Assembly: GCF_048593235.1 (NCBI RefSeq)
Contig: NC_133618.1
Location: 453,386,947 to 453,450,946, forward strand
Length of the DNA: 64,000 bases
Origin: Sminthopsis crassicaudata
Lineage: Eukaryota
Direction: 5' to 3'
How positions within the stretch are numbered: position 1 is the stretch's first letter; each line of letters starts with the position of its first letter. The position numbers were made by a program, and so were the translations under genes. Of the stretch, positions 34,876-49,469 are shown one piece after another. Below the pieces are notes generated by a model. That model worked only from the letters and a program-made list of their open reading frames with translations, was not told where the DNA came from and did not search any database.

Positions 34876-35464
34876 CTCATTTGATTTTCACAACAACCCT
34901 GGAGGTAGATGCTATTATTACTCCCCGTTTTACAGTTGAGTAGTTACTGTCTAGGGTCGCATAGCTGGCGAGTGCTGTGGTCAGATTTGAATTCTTGTTT
35001 TCCCGATTCCAGGCCCAGGGGTCTATCCACTACGCCACCTAACAAACCTTCCTCCAATATTGGATTGATAAGGAAAGGACCAGGGACAAACTGAATAATT
35101 CATATTTGTACAATAGCTTGCATAGGAAGATAGGCCCTGCTGATCTTCACCCACTGTCAAGAGCTTAAGCAGTTTTATTGTGGATCCATTACTCATGTGT
35201 CTACCTTGGGGCTCTCAATCCCCTGCAGCCCCTGAAAACTGGCAGACAAACTTGATAACCGGCACTGTGTATGAGCAGCGGTCAAAGCCTGGCCTGGGGG
35301 TTGGGTGCTGGGGTCTGACTCCTAGCCAAAGGCCTCACATGCTCTCTGTGACCATAAACACTCTTTTTCCACACTATACTGCTTACCCACAAGGTCACTT
35401 GAAGGTCAAATGAGGCAATGTCTGTGCATAGGTCCTTATGAACACCTTAAAGCATCGATGATGA

Positions 35465-35720
35465 TCAGCTGAGCAGTGGATGGATTGCTAGGCCTGGAAT
35501 CAGGAAGATCCCAGATTCAACTCTGGCCTTGGATACTGGCTATCTGTGTGATCCTGGGCAAGTCACTTTACCTCAATTGCAAACTGAGGATAATTATAGC
35601 ATCTACCTCCCAAGGTTGTTTTGAGTTAATATTTGCAAAATGCTTAACATCGTGCCTGCTACTTATAAGGTACTATATAAATATTGGCTTATAAGGCATT
35701 ATGTAAGTGTTACCTATTAT
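35465..35720 (+). mobile_element. MIR SINE
   Basis: gcagtggatgg...ggaatcaggaagatccc...gggcaagtcactt...aaactgaggataattatagcatctacctcccaagg. Confidence 0.75.
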
Positions 35721-36619
35721 TGTTAGCTTTATTTTTATTTCAATTCAATATTTGTTTAGTGCCTATTGTGTGCTAGATGCTGCATTGAGGCTAAAAGAAC
35801 AAAAATAAAAAGTTCTGTCTTCTAGGAGCTTCCATTCTATCCTAATAATCAGAACCTATAAGGCCCTGCCCTGGGTCTTCCCGACCCCAGAAAAGATCTT
35901 CTTGTGTTTGAACCCAAAAAAGCTAATAAAGCCTGGCAGAATCACCAAATGTTACACTGGGAAGGGGCCTTCGAACAGAATGTCAGAACTGCAAAGGACT
36001 GCAGATATTCAGAGAACATCGGAGCAGAAAGAGGTCTTCAAACATAGAGCACATGAAAGGAACTTTAGAGACCATCAAAGCGACTGGAAACCGTATCAAA
36101 TGGAGCTCAATGGAAGGAGCAGATATTTCTGTGCCTCCGAAATCATCCTAGGAGTGTCCGGCCCCCACCCCTTGTCTATCACCCATCATCCATCGGGGCC
36201 CTGCTGGAAACTACACCTACTGCTTAGCCCAGCACCTCATGTGGTTCCAATTTGGGTGATTTGCAACACCTGGAGCCTCAGCAGTAATCAACTACAGTGT
36301 TGTTAATACCTTGTAAATCTGCCCCTATTAAGCAGCAACACGTGCTCTGACTTTGGCTCTGTAGTAATTGAGGTTTCTCTTTTAATTAGAGGAAACCGCC
36401 CGGGGCCTGAACCATGAGCTACTAACAACAGTTATGAGCTGGCCCCAAATAGCCACACTCCCACCCCCACCCCCAGAGCCCTTCCCTCGGGGAGGTAGGT
36501 TCCCAGAGGGAAGCAGAAGGTCCCGCTCTTTGAATTAGAGAGCCTGTAAGCTCATAGAATGACTGGAGTCCGTGCAAATCTTAGCTATCATTTTGTGACT
36601 AACCTCTGACTCCACATGG

Positions 36620-36865
36620 GAATCAGCTTTACAGCATATCTGATAGGAAGTTGCCCAGCCTGTGTCTGGAAACTTCCAGTGACAAGAAGCTCGTTGCCCC
36701 AGACAGCTTGTTCCATGGTTGTTAGGAAGTTATTTCTTGTATGGCAATATATCCATGTCCTGGCAATTTTACCCCATTGACCCATAGTTCTGTGGCCAAA
36801 TGGGACAAATCTGCTCCCTTTTCCCCGTGACATTCTTTCAGATGCATGAAGACAGCTCTTCAAGC
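36620..36865 (-). mobile_element. L3/CR1 3' fragment
   Basis: cccagcctgtgtctggaaacttccagtg...gttaggaagtt...aaatgggacaaatctgctcccttttcc...atgaagacagct; a similar fragment is at about 39750-40000. Confidence 0.7.
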
Positions 36866-38046
36866 AAAAGCTGAATAACTAACTGCTTTCGAGGTTTTGT
36901 GCACAGGACTCTGTCCATGGCACTTCTGATAGTCCAATTTTAACTCTCAATTCTATGAGGTTTTTAAAGTTTCCATTCTTAATGATTCATGTCAACCCAA
37001 GGCCTAAAAATGTGGAGGAGCAGAAATGCCCCAAACCTCAATTTCAAGGGTTTTCTAATTACAGTGGGTTTTAGAAGAATATCAAACAAGTTTTTTCTTA
37101 CAAAGGACCCAGCTGATTCAGGTGCAAGGTAATATATGAACAATAAGGTACCCTGAAGGAGGCACAATAGATGGCATGTGACAGGCAACTCAAACCATGG
37201 CTACCTGGACAACCACCTCCCCATAAGCCCAGGTGTAGGGAGCCTAGAGCCCTGAATGTAGGAACCTCAGATAGAGGGATGACAACCTGGCTTCCAATCC
37301 ATCCAGCCCAGCCCCTGCAGCCATCCTGCAGGGAATCCACCCTGGTGGTGAGGTCAGGATTTTTGTGGGCATAAAACTATCACTTCCCTCCACCTCCTCC
37401 TCAGAAGCCACAGCTAACAAACAACCCCAAAAGAAAGCCCTGAGAGCACTATTAGATGGTCCCCTATCAGAAATGGATATGTTTTTATAAGTGGAAATTA
37501 GATTAAATAGTTTCGTTCTGTCACCAAGGTTTTCCATTTAACTTGCCACTGAAACCTTCTATATATTGTTTTACCCAAAATTGACCACAGGGAATATCTT
37601 CCTTTTCTATTTGTATCTCCAAAACTTAGAATGCTTGGCGAATAGTAACTGATGAAAAAAAGTTCCATTCATTCATTCATGAGGGGGGGTGTACAAAAGA
37701 TAACTCTATTATCTCTCAATTATGTGATTGCATAAAGATAGAATAATCATCTTAAGCAGACCAGTGATAGTGTGGAACACCTGCCAGGTTCATAGGGACT
37801 CTCAGAACCAAAACATTTCATTTGAGATGACCATGGAAGTCTAGACTTCTGAAGAGACAGATGATGGATTTCCTTTTCTCTTTTCCCCTTCCTATAGTTC
37901 TCTTAAAGAAGCAAGGGAAAATAAGACAGTTCACATTTCTTTAAAACTTAGAGTTTGTAGCATATTTCTTTCCCTCATGACGGTCTCTTGAATTGGATAA
38001 TGAAAGTATTGTCTCCATCTTAAAGAACAGACAAGGAGTTCATTGG

Positions 38047-38219
38047 NNNNNNNNNNNNNNNNNNNNNNNNNNNNNNNNNNNNNNNNNNNNNNNNNNNNNN
38101 NNNNNNNNNNNNNNNNNNNNNNNNNNNNNNNNNNNNNNNNNNNNNNNNNNNNNNNNNNNNNNNNNNNNNNNNNNNNNNNNNNNNNNNNNNNNNNNNNNNN
38201 NNNNNNNNNNNNNNNNNNN
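38047..38219. other. Assembly gap
   Basis: N run. Confidence 1.
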
Positions 38220-39999
38220 ACACATGTAACTAAACATTATGCATTATACCATATATATACACTATGTATATATACATGTACATAACCTGCTAACTAGCAG
38301 AAAACTAGGCCTTCTGACCCCAAGCCTGGTGGTCTTTGTGGTCCTTGGCTGCTAATAAACTAAACTTCTCTGTAGTTTAGTTGATATTTGGGTTAACAAC
38401 CCTCTGATCTTATAAACACAGGCTCTCCAAACTATTGGGTCTTGTAAACCTCTAATATCCAGGTGTGCTCTATCAACTAGAATTCTATATTAGATTTTTA
38501 GAATTCCTTTGATCCAGTGATAGCCTCTCTGTAAGATTTGCCTCAAGGGATCAAGGACAGAAAATTGCCATATATAGCAAAATATTCATAGCAGTACTTC
38601 TGTGGTAGCCAAAAAAAAAAAAAAAAGAATAAACCCTATAAATGAAATAGACATCCATCAATTGGGTAATGACTGAACAAATTGTCATATGTGAATACAA
38701 CGGAAAGCTATTGAACTATAAGAATCATTAAATGTGAAGAAATCAGAGAAACAAGGGAAACTGAGTCAGGGCAGAGTGAGAAGGAAGAACAATAATTACA
38801 GATGATAGTTTGTAAACAGTTTTGTAAACAAAACTATAAACTGACCACAGAATGTAAAAAAAAAAAAAACATTCTAAAAACAAACTCATTAATTATAATC
38901 ATCAATCTTGGATTGAGTCCATATGGAAAATACCTTCTTCCTGCAAGATTTTCTTTTAATAATCAGTAATCTAAAATATATGTAGAGAAAATATCAGAAT
39001 TGGAAATCATCTTAGAGATCACCTAATTTGACTCTGCCACATCCCATGGGAGGAAACTTGTTCAAGGTCATACAGAAATTCAGTGAGAATTGGCATTCAG
39101 ATCCAGGTATCCTAATTTTCCCAACACATTGCCCTTTCCTCCGTATCACAACTACTTTTGTTCATATCTCAATTTCATGAAAATCAGTAATCCCTTTGTG
39201 GAAACTCTCTATTAACCAAGATATTGCATTAACTAGAGACCCATACTGTAAGCAGCCCAGAAAGCAGAGTTTAATTTTTCTAGTGTTTTACTTAGGAATT
39301 TTTTAAATGTCATATTCAATTATATTAAATATTATGGCATTTGATTTCACAATCAAATAATCTGATTTGGATTTACAAGTGGAACTTTTATTTCTTGATG
39401 GTTTCTAGACATTTTGGTGAATTTGTATTCTCCTCTTGTCTGTTATTTCCACCTTTACTGTTCTTCCTGTAATATCCTAGTGTCTGGAAACCATGATTAA
39501 AATTCATCTCAGCTGTCAATCACACAGCTTTTCCAGGCTCGACTGAAGTTATCTAAGGCCTGTCTCTTCCATATCTGATGTGCTTTATTCAAAGATCCCT
39601 ATCAGTTTTGACATCATAGGTTCTAAAGTCCCTTTCTAAGCCATCTTATTGAATCAATAAACATTTCTTAAGCAACTTCAATGTGCAGAGCACTCAACTT
39701 CTGCTGGAGAAGGTACAAAAGGTAAATGAGACACAAAATTTGAGAATTGGATGAGGTTTCAGTGGCTACCTAGCCCAACCTATACACAAAAAGGAATCCT
39801 TACTATCGCATACCTGATCGTGGTTCTCAAATCTCTGCTTAATAACCTCCAAGTAAAGGGAATTCACCACTCCTTAGACTTCCAATGCTATCTTTGGATA
39901 ACTTTCATTATCAGGAGGGCTTTTCTGGCATCAACATTAAATTTTCTTCCTTGCAATTTCTACCCACTCTGCATCTAGTTTTGCCAACACTCTGGGGCA

Positions 40000-40670
40000 G
40001 TACCAATCAGCAAGCATCTCTTAAGTATTTACCATGTGTCCACAACTGTGAAAGAAAACACAAAACAAAACTTTGCCTTCAAAGAGCATACATACTATAC
40101 TCTAATAGGAGAGACAACATGTACATATCAAGGTACCTCAAAAAAGAAAAGCTTCCTAAAGAAGTTAGCAGCTGTTTTTGCTGAAAGTCAGGGATGCCAA
40201 GAGGTAGAGAGCATGCTAGGCATGCCAGGAATGTTGGAAGTCAGTGTAAGGGTCTGGAGATGAGAGACAGGGCATCATGTTTGAGAAGGAGCAAAAAGAC
40301 CAGGATGGCCATATGGTAGAGTGCATAGAGAAGAGTCATATATGAGAATCCTGGAAAAGAAGGAAAGTGTCAGGTTGTAAAGAGTTTTAAACATCAAAGA
40401 GAGAGAGATTAATTTTTGATCCTAGAGGTAACCCAGAGCTATAGGAGTTTGTTGAGTTAGGAAGGTGATTTGATCAAGCTGCTTTAAGAAAAGCAGCTAC
40501 ATTGAGGATGAATTGGAATAGGGAGAACCTTAAGTTATTGCAAAAGTCCAAGTGATGAATAATGTGAGCAGAGAGAAGTGAATATTCACAAGAGATGTCA
40601 TGGAGACAGAAATGACAAGATTTGAAAAAAAATGGATATATGGGACAAGTAGATGAGGAAAAAAGGAACA
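40000..40670 (-). mobile_element. L2 LINE fragment
   Basis: caatcagcaagcatctcttaagtatttacc tail and purine-rich body (gtcaggttgtaaagagttttaaac...ttgatcctagaggtaa). Confidence 0.7.
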
Positions 40671-40849
40671 TATCAACATTGCAAATCTAGGGGACCGAAG
40701 AACAAAATGGTAACTCCAACAGTTATAGGAACTTTCCACAGAAGGACCAAACAGAACAAAACCAATCCCTCCTCCATCTGACAGCCCTTTAAGTACTTAC
40801 ACACAGCCCTATCATTGCCCTCTGGAGTATTTTCTTCCCAGATTTATGC

Positions 40850-41130
40850 TTCCCTGGTTTCTGCATCCAAATCTTCATGAGACATGGCACCAAGGCCCTG
40901 AATCATCTTGGTTGCTCTCCTCTTCTCACTCTCTAGTGTATTCATGCCCTTCTTAAACTGGATGGCCAGAACAGAATAATTTGGTTGAGGTCTGACAAGG
41001 GCAAAGGACAATGGGAGAACCACTTCTTTATTATCTCTTAATGAAGTCCAGGCACATTTTTGCTTTTTGCTTTTTTTTCTATCTGACATATCACACTGCT
41101 GACTTGTATTAAACTAAAACCTTCACATCT
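40850..41130 (-). mobile_element. L3/CR1 ORF2 C-terminal fragment
   Basis: ORF 40844..41089(-) contains LSFALVRPQPNYSV...FKKGMNTLESEKRRATKMIQGL, resembling CR1 LY.ALVRPHLEYCVQFW...LE.VQRRATKM..GL. Confidence 0.85.
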
Positions 41131-41134
41131 TCAT

Positions 41135-41775
41135 AAAAGAGGGAAAAGGACCCACGTGTGCAAAAATGTTTGTAGCAGCCCTTTTTGTAGTGGCAAGAAA
41201 CTGAAAATTGAGTGGATGCCCATGAATTGGAGAATGGCTGAATAAATTATAGTATATGAATGTAACAGATTATTATTGTTCCAGAAAAGATGATGAGCAG
41301 GCTGATTTCAAAAAAGCTTGGAATGACTTACATGAGTTGATGCTGAGTGAAATGAGCAGAACCAAGAGACTATTGTACATAGTAACCATAAGATCATATG
41401 ATGATCAACTGTGATGGACTTAGCTCTTCTCAACAATGCGGTAATTGAAGGCAATGCCAATAGAATTAGGGTGGAAAATGTCATCTACATTCAGAGAGAA
41501 AACTATGAAGACTGAATATAGATTGAAGCACTGTATTTTCACCTTTTTTGTTTTGTTTTGTTTTGTTTTGTCATTTTTTATCTGATTTTTCTTGTATAAC
41601 ATGACAAATATGAAATATGTTTAAAAGAATTGCATACATTTAACCTATCAGATTACTTGCTATCTTGGGGAGAGGGAGGTAAGAAAAGAAGGGAGAAAAA
41701 TTTGGAACACAGTCTTACAAAAATTAATGTAGAAAAAAATTTTACATGCATTTGGAAAAATAAAATACTATTGAA
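41135..41775 (+). mobile_element. L1 3' end
   Basis: gggaaaaggacccacgtgtgcaaaaatgtttgtagcagcc...gaatggctgaataaatt...aaaataaaatactattgaaa. Confidence 0.9.
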
Positions 41776-41885
41776 AATTTTTTAAACCTTTAGATCTTTT
41801 ATAGACAAACTGCTATGTAACCTTGTTACCTTCTTGTACTTATAAAGATGATTTTTTAATACCCAAGTGTAAGACTTTGTATTAA

Positions 41886-41887
<2 letters not shown>

Positions 41888-41958
<71 letters not shown>
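41888..41958. repeat. (CT)n microsatellite
   Basis: Pure CT run of about 35 units. Confidence 0.98.
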
Positions 41959-41964
<6 letters not shown>

Positions 41965-42339
41965 CCAGCTCAAAAATCCTATGATTTGAAATCTGAGATA
42001 TGAGATTACTCTAGTAGTTAACTAATGTGTTTAGGTGAGGCAGATAAGGGTTATCACAGAGTTGCTGGGAGAACAAGGGGTTGTGAAAAGTGAAATGAAA
42101 GGGAGCTTACAAAGAGATGCTTACAAATGAGATTTGAAAAAAAAGCTTCCTTATCTCCCAAACCTGTTTCTATTTCTTAATTTTCTTGTTTCTCAATATT
42201 CTTCCAGTCACGCAGACTCAGCTTGTGCTAATTTTCAACTTCCTCACCTGCCAAAGCTGATCGATCAATGGCCAAGTCCTATAAGCATTACCTGTTCTCT
42301 TGCTCCTGTTCCCTCTTTGGACTGCATCCCCTTTCTCCC

Positions 42340-42965
42340 ACAAATTCAGGTTTCATTGTTGTTATTGATCCTTTGTATTTGAAGAGGATCAATGACATCA
42401 TGATGCTGGGATCCAGTTCAGCTATGGCTGATCAGTCACATAGGAGCTCAGAAGGCAATACCACAGGTTGAGCACAAATAGTCCATCTCACATTTTCCTT
42501 TGTGCTACTGCAATTCAGCTTTGCTCATAAAGCACAGCACCTTCTTTGATGTGAGTACACCATGTTAGGTGGTCCTGTGCCAATATCTCCCATGTCTCAC
42601 CATTGATACTAAAGTTTTTCAGAAAAATCTTGAGAGTATCCTTGTCCTGCTTCTTCTGACTTGTGTGTAAAAATTTGTCTTGTGTAAGTTCTCCATTAAT
42701 TAGTCTTCTAGGTTAATATATGCTTGCTATTTAGGCTACATGGACAGTTAATTAAGAGTTGTGCTCTCTGCAATAGAGTTTGAAAGTGAGAGAGAATCTT
42801 ACTTTCAGGTATCTTAGCCTGCCAGGTGATCTTCGGAATCATCCTAAGACAATCCAAATGGAAGCAATTCGATTTTTTGGCATGAGGCTGGCAGACTGTC
42901 TCTTTCACAGGCATAAAACAATAAAGTAAGCACACCATTTCTGTAGACCTTCAATTTTGTACATA
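42340..42965 (-). mobile_element. RTE-clade LINE 3' fragment
   Basis: Minus-strand ORFs give TKLKVYRNGVLTLLFYACE and CQPHAKKSNCFHLDCLRMIPKITWQAKIPESKILS, matching the RTE/BovB-type motif KLKVYRAVVL.TLLYACETW....H...LN.FH..CLR.IL.I.WQDKIP. Confidence 0.9.
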
Positions 42966-43369
42966 GACTATTTTCTCTCCCACATTTTCTTTCAGATCCT
43001 CCCAAACACTGAACTACCTGTGGCAATGTCTGAATCAACCTTATCATCTATGTGGCTTTCATTACTTATATTCTGGATAACTACCATATATTCCAACATC
43101 TCTCACCTCTTCCCCAAACAACACTGCTGTCCAAAACTCCTCATTGTCAACTGAATAAGGTCCAAGCTCCTTAGCTTAGCATTCAAGTACTTCCCCAAAC
43201 TATCTCCACCCCACTTCTCTAATCACTCCCCTCCATGCACAATGTACTCCAACAAAACTTGTTCTACTTTCTGTCCCTTCTATTTACTCTTTCTTGCTTT
43301 ATAAGCTTTATAAGCTCATCATCTTGCTTTTTTTTTTAGCTCATCCATTCAGAATCATAGAATATCAGA

Positions 43370-45670
43370 GCTAGCACTCACTATACAGAGAAACTATCTT
43401 TACACATATTAAATTAGAAAAGATGATTTTTAAAACAAACAAGCAAAGTTGGATAGAGTCTGATAAATTAATTAGGCAAACTAATATATATATATAATAT
43501 TAAACATATTAAATAATATTATATATATATAAAATACAATGTTAACTTTAGAAATAAAAGAAAAAGAAATTGAAGAAATTAGAATAGGCAATGAGGAAAC
43601 AAAACTATCTTTCTTTGAAGTAAATTTAGAGAACACTGGAGAATCAGATAAAAAATTATTTGAAATAACTAACAACTTTAACAAAGTTACAGGATTAACC
43701 CAAATAAATCATTGGCATTTCTATATATTACTTACAAAGCTCAGCAATAAGACATAGAAAGAAAAAATCCATTTAAAATAACTGTGGACAATAAAATATT
43801 TGGGAATCTACTTTTCAAGTGAAACCCAAGAGCATATAAACACAATTACAAAACGGTTTTCATAGAAATAAAATCAGATCTAAATAATAGGAAAAAATGT
43901 CAATTGCTCATGGGGAGATTGAGCTAACATAATAAGAATGACAATTCTCCCTAAATTAATTTACTTATTCAGTGCCATACCATCCAAACTACCAAAAATT
44001 ATTTTATATTAGGTAGAAAAAATAATAACAAAATTCATTTGGAAGACCAAGAAGTCAAGAATATCAAGAAAATTAGTGAAAATGCAAAGAAAGATAGCCT
44101 AGCCATACCAGATCAAAACTATACTATAAAACAGCAATCATCAAAACTATCTGGTATTGTCTAGGAAATAGAATGATGGATCAGTGAAAAAGGTCGGTTA
44201 TACAAGATACAGTAGTCAATGGCTATAATAATCTACTGCTTGATAAACCCAAAGACTCTATCTTCTGGGATAAGAAATCACTATTTGACAAAAATTGCTA
44301 GGAAAAATGGAAAAGAGTATGACAGAAACTAAACATTGATCAACATCTCACACCATATATCAAGATAAGATCAAAATGGTACATGATTTAGACATAAAAG
44401 GTAATACCATAAGCAAATTAGGAAAGCAAGGAATAGTTTACCTGTCAAATCTATGGAGAAGGGAAGAATTTATGACCAAACAGGATATAGAGAATAATGT
44501 GAAATGCAAAATTAATAATTTTGATGACATTAAATTAAAAAGGTTTTTCACAAACAAAGCCAACGCAACCAAGATTAGAAGGGAAGCAGAAAGATGGGAA
44601 ACAATTTTTATAGGCAGTATTTCTGAAAAAGATCTAATTTCTCAAATATATAGAAAAATGAATCAAATTTATAAGAATACAAGTCATTCCCTAATGGATA
44701 AATGGTCAAAATGAACAGGCAGTTTTAAGATGAAGAAATTAAAGCTATCTATAGTCATATAAAATGCTCTAACACACTATTGATTAGAGAAAATAAATTA
44801 AAATAATTCTGAGGTACTACTTCATTATCACTAAAAGATTGGTTAATAAATCAGAAAATGAAAATGATAAATGATGGAAAAGATGTAGGAAAACTGGAAC
44901 ATTAATGCATTGTTAGTGGAATTGTGAACCATTGTTGTCAACCATTCTGTTGAGCAATTTGGAACTGTGACCAAAGGGCTATAAAACTGTTTATAGCAGC
45001 TTTTTTGTGGCAATAAAAAATTGGAAATCAAGGAAACACCCACCAATTGGGGAATGGCTAAACAAATTGTGCTATGTGACTGTAATAAAATATTATTGTG
45101 TTATAAGAAAAAATGAACTGGCAGATTAAAGAATAGCCTAGAAATGGAGTGAAAAGCCCATCCTTCAGCTTCTAGATGGCTTGCCAATTATCATGATAAA
45201 AATCTGCAATAAAGAAAAATTGATTCAGAAAAAAGAATGACCTGGAAAAACTTACATGAACTGATGCTTAAAGCAGAACCAAGAGAACATTGTACACAGT
45301 AACAGCAATATTGGGTGATAATCAATTTTGATAGACTTAGCTCATCTCAGCAATACAATGATCTAAGCCAATTCCAAAAGACTCATGATGGAAAATGCTA
45401 ATGTAGATTGATTGAAACATACTATTTTCACTTTTTCTTTCTTTCTTATTTTTTTCTTTCCCTTTTGTTCTGATTCTTCTTTCACAACATGACTAACATG
45501 TAAATATATTTCACATGATTGTACATGTATAACCTATGTTAGATTTCTTGCCATCTTGGAGAGGGGGGAGGAAAAGGAAGGAAAGAGAAAAAAATTGTGG
45601 AACTCAAAATCTTATAAAATCTTAAATCCTATAAACTATTTTTACATATAATTAGAAAAAAGAAAACAGT
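43370..45670 (+). mobile_element. Degenerate L1 ORF2 (RT to C-terminus) plus 3' UTR
   Basis: Fragments KEIEEIRIGNEETKLSFF, ELMKIAHG..NII.MTILPKLIYLFSAIP-type and DDIKLKRFFTNKANATKIRREAERWETIF; 3' UTR ends at about 45660; internal deletions and a short insert near 45145-45230. Confidence 0.92.
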
Positions 45671-45699
45671 AGCAAGTGGAAAAATATATATGATTTGTA

Positions 45700-46150
45700 G
45701 AAGTATGAATTGATTAAACTGTTCTGAAACATAATTTGGATCTATGAGAAAAATTATTCAAGTTTATTTATTTCAACAATCCCACTACTGGATATACTCA
45801 AAAGAGGTTAGTGACAAAAAAGAAATGTCCCACATACAATAAAATCACCATAGCAATACTTTATGTTGTAGCAAAAATAAATAGATAAATAACTGAAAAT
45901 AAAGGCAGTCCCCATCAATGGGCAATAAGCTGAACAAACTGTGACGTGAATACACTGGAATATTATTGTGCCAAAAGAAGAGATAATCATGACAAATTTG
46001 GAAAAACATGGGAAGAATCTTGCAAACCAGTACAGAGTAAAGAAAACATATTCAACAGAACAATAGACATAATTTTTAAAAATGTACAAAAAAACCACAC
46101 TAAAAGGAAACTGAAGTGAGAGTGATTATAATGAAGAATCTTGGTTCTCA
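45700..46150 (+). mobile_element. Older L1 3' fragment
   Basis: caacaatcccactactggatatactcaaaagag...gtccccatcaatgggcaataagctgaacaaact...ggaatattattgtgcc; a similar piece is at about 47600-47890. Confidence 0.7.
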
Positions 46151-46328
46151 GAAGTATATAACTTATATTGTGCTCCTAGTGGAAGAGTTGAAAATTGCAG
46201 GAACTGAATGTGACCAACACTCAAATAAATATAGGGAAAATTTTAAAACAAACAAGCAAAAGATATAAATTTTAAAAGAAAGGAAGGAAGAGAGACATGG
46301 AGAAAAAGAAAAAAGCAAGGAAGGGAGG

Positions 46329-46487
46329 NNNNNNNNNNNNNNNNNNNNNNNNNNNNNNNNNNNNNNNNNNNNNNNNNNNNNNNNNNNNNNNNNNNNNNNN
46401 NNNNNNNNNNNNNNNNNNNNNNNNNNNNNNNNNNNNNNNNNNNNNNNNNNNNNNNNNNNNNNNNNNNNNNNNNNNNNNNNNNNNNNN
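46329..46487. other. Assembly gap
   Basis: N run after a GA-rich tract. Confidence 1.
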
Positions 46488-48391
46488 GTGGCTTGCCCAG
46501 AGTCACACAGGAGGCAAAGAAAAAAGTATGGATTCTAACCCAGGTTTTTGACTCTAATTCCAATATTTTCATCTGTACCACTCTGCCTGGAAAGCCCTAC
46601 CTCTGAATTTTTCCTTTGTCCCCGATGTTTTCTCCCTTACTTGCCAATTGAAATTCTACTCATCCATTAAGTTTTCCCTGATTCTACCAAATACATATCA
46701 TCTTTTCTTCCTCCAACTTTATATAACACATCATATGTTTTTGTTTTTATTATGTTTGAATCTATGTCATCATTATTGTATAGTCTTGAACATTTCTACA
46801 TATACTATATTCTTCTATAGGTTTTGAGTTGCAAGAAAACAAGAAATATAGCTTTAATCTTTAAATTTCAGCTTTAAGCATATAAACATATTTGATATTT
46901 GATAAATGGTTATTGAATTGATGTAATCTTCTTCATGAAGTCCTTTGAATTCTTCCCAGGCAGAAATGGTCTCCCTATTCTAAATTAATTGTACTTTTAT
47001 GTATCTCATTCATTTGCTATGTTCTATTTTATCTTGTTAAATATAAGGCAAGGGGGTGGTTAATATGACATTTTATTGTTCACAAAGTTCTTTATACACA
47101 TTTTCTTATTAAGCCTCCCAACAACCCCTGGAAGCAGTTATTATTATTATTACAGTTATACTACCCTCTATGGGCTACTCCAACTCCTGCTCACATTGGC
47201 AGGACCCTAGAGGGCAGCTGACTTCTTCTTTAAAGGTTTTAAGGTTAACTTTGAAGGTCCTTGGAGTTTCTAATACTATAGGTTCTAAGCAGCCTTTTAG
47301 TACATTATTAATTAACCAGTATAATTTTGCTAACTTTTGGGAAAAGGATTTACTGAGAAGATATACTAAGAACAGTAGTTATCAATATAGCCACCTCCAA
47401 ACTTGGGGCTCACTAGCCTTTAGCACTTACAGATTCCCTGGAAAGAATGGGCTTCAAATAGTAAACTAAAATGCAGTGGGATATAAATTTTAAAAGCATG
47501 CATAGCCAATCCATAACCTCCAAATTACTGATTTTGCAGGTCTTTTTTCTATCTTGATGAAGTCCTCATGAGACAAAGGAATATAATTTTAGGCACTTTG
47601 AGGAATATCCATGGAGAACCAGCTGAACAAACAAATGCAAATTCACTGGAATATTATTATACCATAAGAAATAATGGCCATAAGGAAAGACTTTTCTGAA
47701 CCAATACAGAGCAAAGAAAACATAGTCAAAAGAGCAATTGACATACTTTCTAAATCAATGTAAAGAAAAACCAATACTAAAAGGAAAGTGAGAGTAATTG
47801 CAATGAAAAATTTTGGTTCTGCAGAAGAAAGGCTATGACTTGTAAATGCATCTCTAGTGAAATGATTGCAGGAGCTGAATGTAGTGAACACTGTGAAATC
47901 TCCCTATTGTCAGTAAGAGATGTTTAATTGTTTTTCTTTGTTCAGGGAGGGGAAAGTATATAAGGAAATGACTTAGAGGTAACTTTCTTTGGGGCTCTGA
48001 GTATCAGTCTCTTTCTAGAATCCATTTTTCACTTCTCTTCATCACAAGGGATCTAAATCCTTGAAGCTTTTACCATTTGGGGTGACTGTCTTTCTACATC
48101 ATTTTGAAGATGCTTCTTCTGCAACTGGACACTATAATTGTCTCTAGCATACTCTACTATCAATTCTGCTTTTTTATGGGACCTTTGGTGCCTTCTCTAG
48201 TCTTAAAAAATTCAGAAGACCCTAAATCCTGGTCCATCTTTGGATAGACCGATTCCATCCTTAAATACTAGGTTGCCTAACATCAAGGAAGAAATAGGGA
48301 TTTCATATGCTCATAGAAGTCCAGTGTAAGAATGAAACTTGATCTTATTCCCCTACCTATCAGTTTATAGCATTTTTATCTCACTTCTGCC

Positions 48392-48422
<31 letters not shown>

Positions 48423-49469
48423 CAAAACCCCCAAACTACAGATTGGCTTCATTTCTTTTGTATTTGAAATTTATTCTAAATTATTGATTTTTCTAGTTCC
48501 CCAGCCAATTAGAAGACATCACACATCAAGCTCTCAATTACTCAAGAAACCAGCTACCCAAAGTTCCACATGTTGGATATACATTCAATTGTAAGAAGCA
48601 TAGAAAAGCCCGGTAACTTTGAAAACAATGTGTAGGATTTAGGATAGGTTTTCAAGAAGTGGAAATTTATTGTTTTATATTGAATCTTCTCATGTTCTTC
48701 TGAATATGTGGAGATGTTCTTTTGCCTTTTCTATTCCCATATAATTGAATGCAAATATATCTGTATACATATGTACACACATATAAATGAACTTAAACAT
48801 ATACATATAGGTAAGACTACACCATGCATATTTTTATCTGCCACTTCTTCCTCTAGAAGAGAATAGTATCTTCTTTCATAGGTTCAAGTCTTTCCATGTT
48901 TTCCTAAATCAACGAACTCATCATTTCTTATAGCACAGCAATATTCCATCACAATCATATCCTATCTGAGAAACTGTGTATAAAAATCCTTTCCCGATTT
49001 CTGCTTTCCTTCTAATCTTGACTACATTGATTTTATTTAAAGAAGAAATTTTTAATTTAAAATAATCAAAATTGTCCATTTTACACTTCAACAAACTCTT
49101 GCCTTATAATATAGTTTAAGGTGTGCTACTGTTGAATCTCCTTACTTTACATTTTTTCCCTTGGTTTCTCTGAAATTATTGACCTTTTGCTTTTCAAAAT
49201 GAATTTTGCTATTATTTTTTTCTAACTCAGTAAAATAATTTTTGAACCTCAATTTTTCCAGGATCCTGGATCTCAAGAATAATTCTGATGAGAGTACCTA
49301 GGATGGTGTAAGGTGAAGTGAGTCACAGAGACAAGATATTCTCCCCAAGCTCTGCTCTTGAGCACTGACCCATTCTTCAGGGTCTTTGGCACAGGTAGTC
49401 CATCCTCTCAGGAAAAATCAATGAGGTCAATGGGATTTGAAAATAGATAAGTCTTAGGAGAATTTTTTT

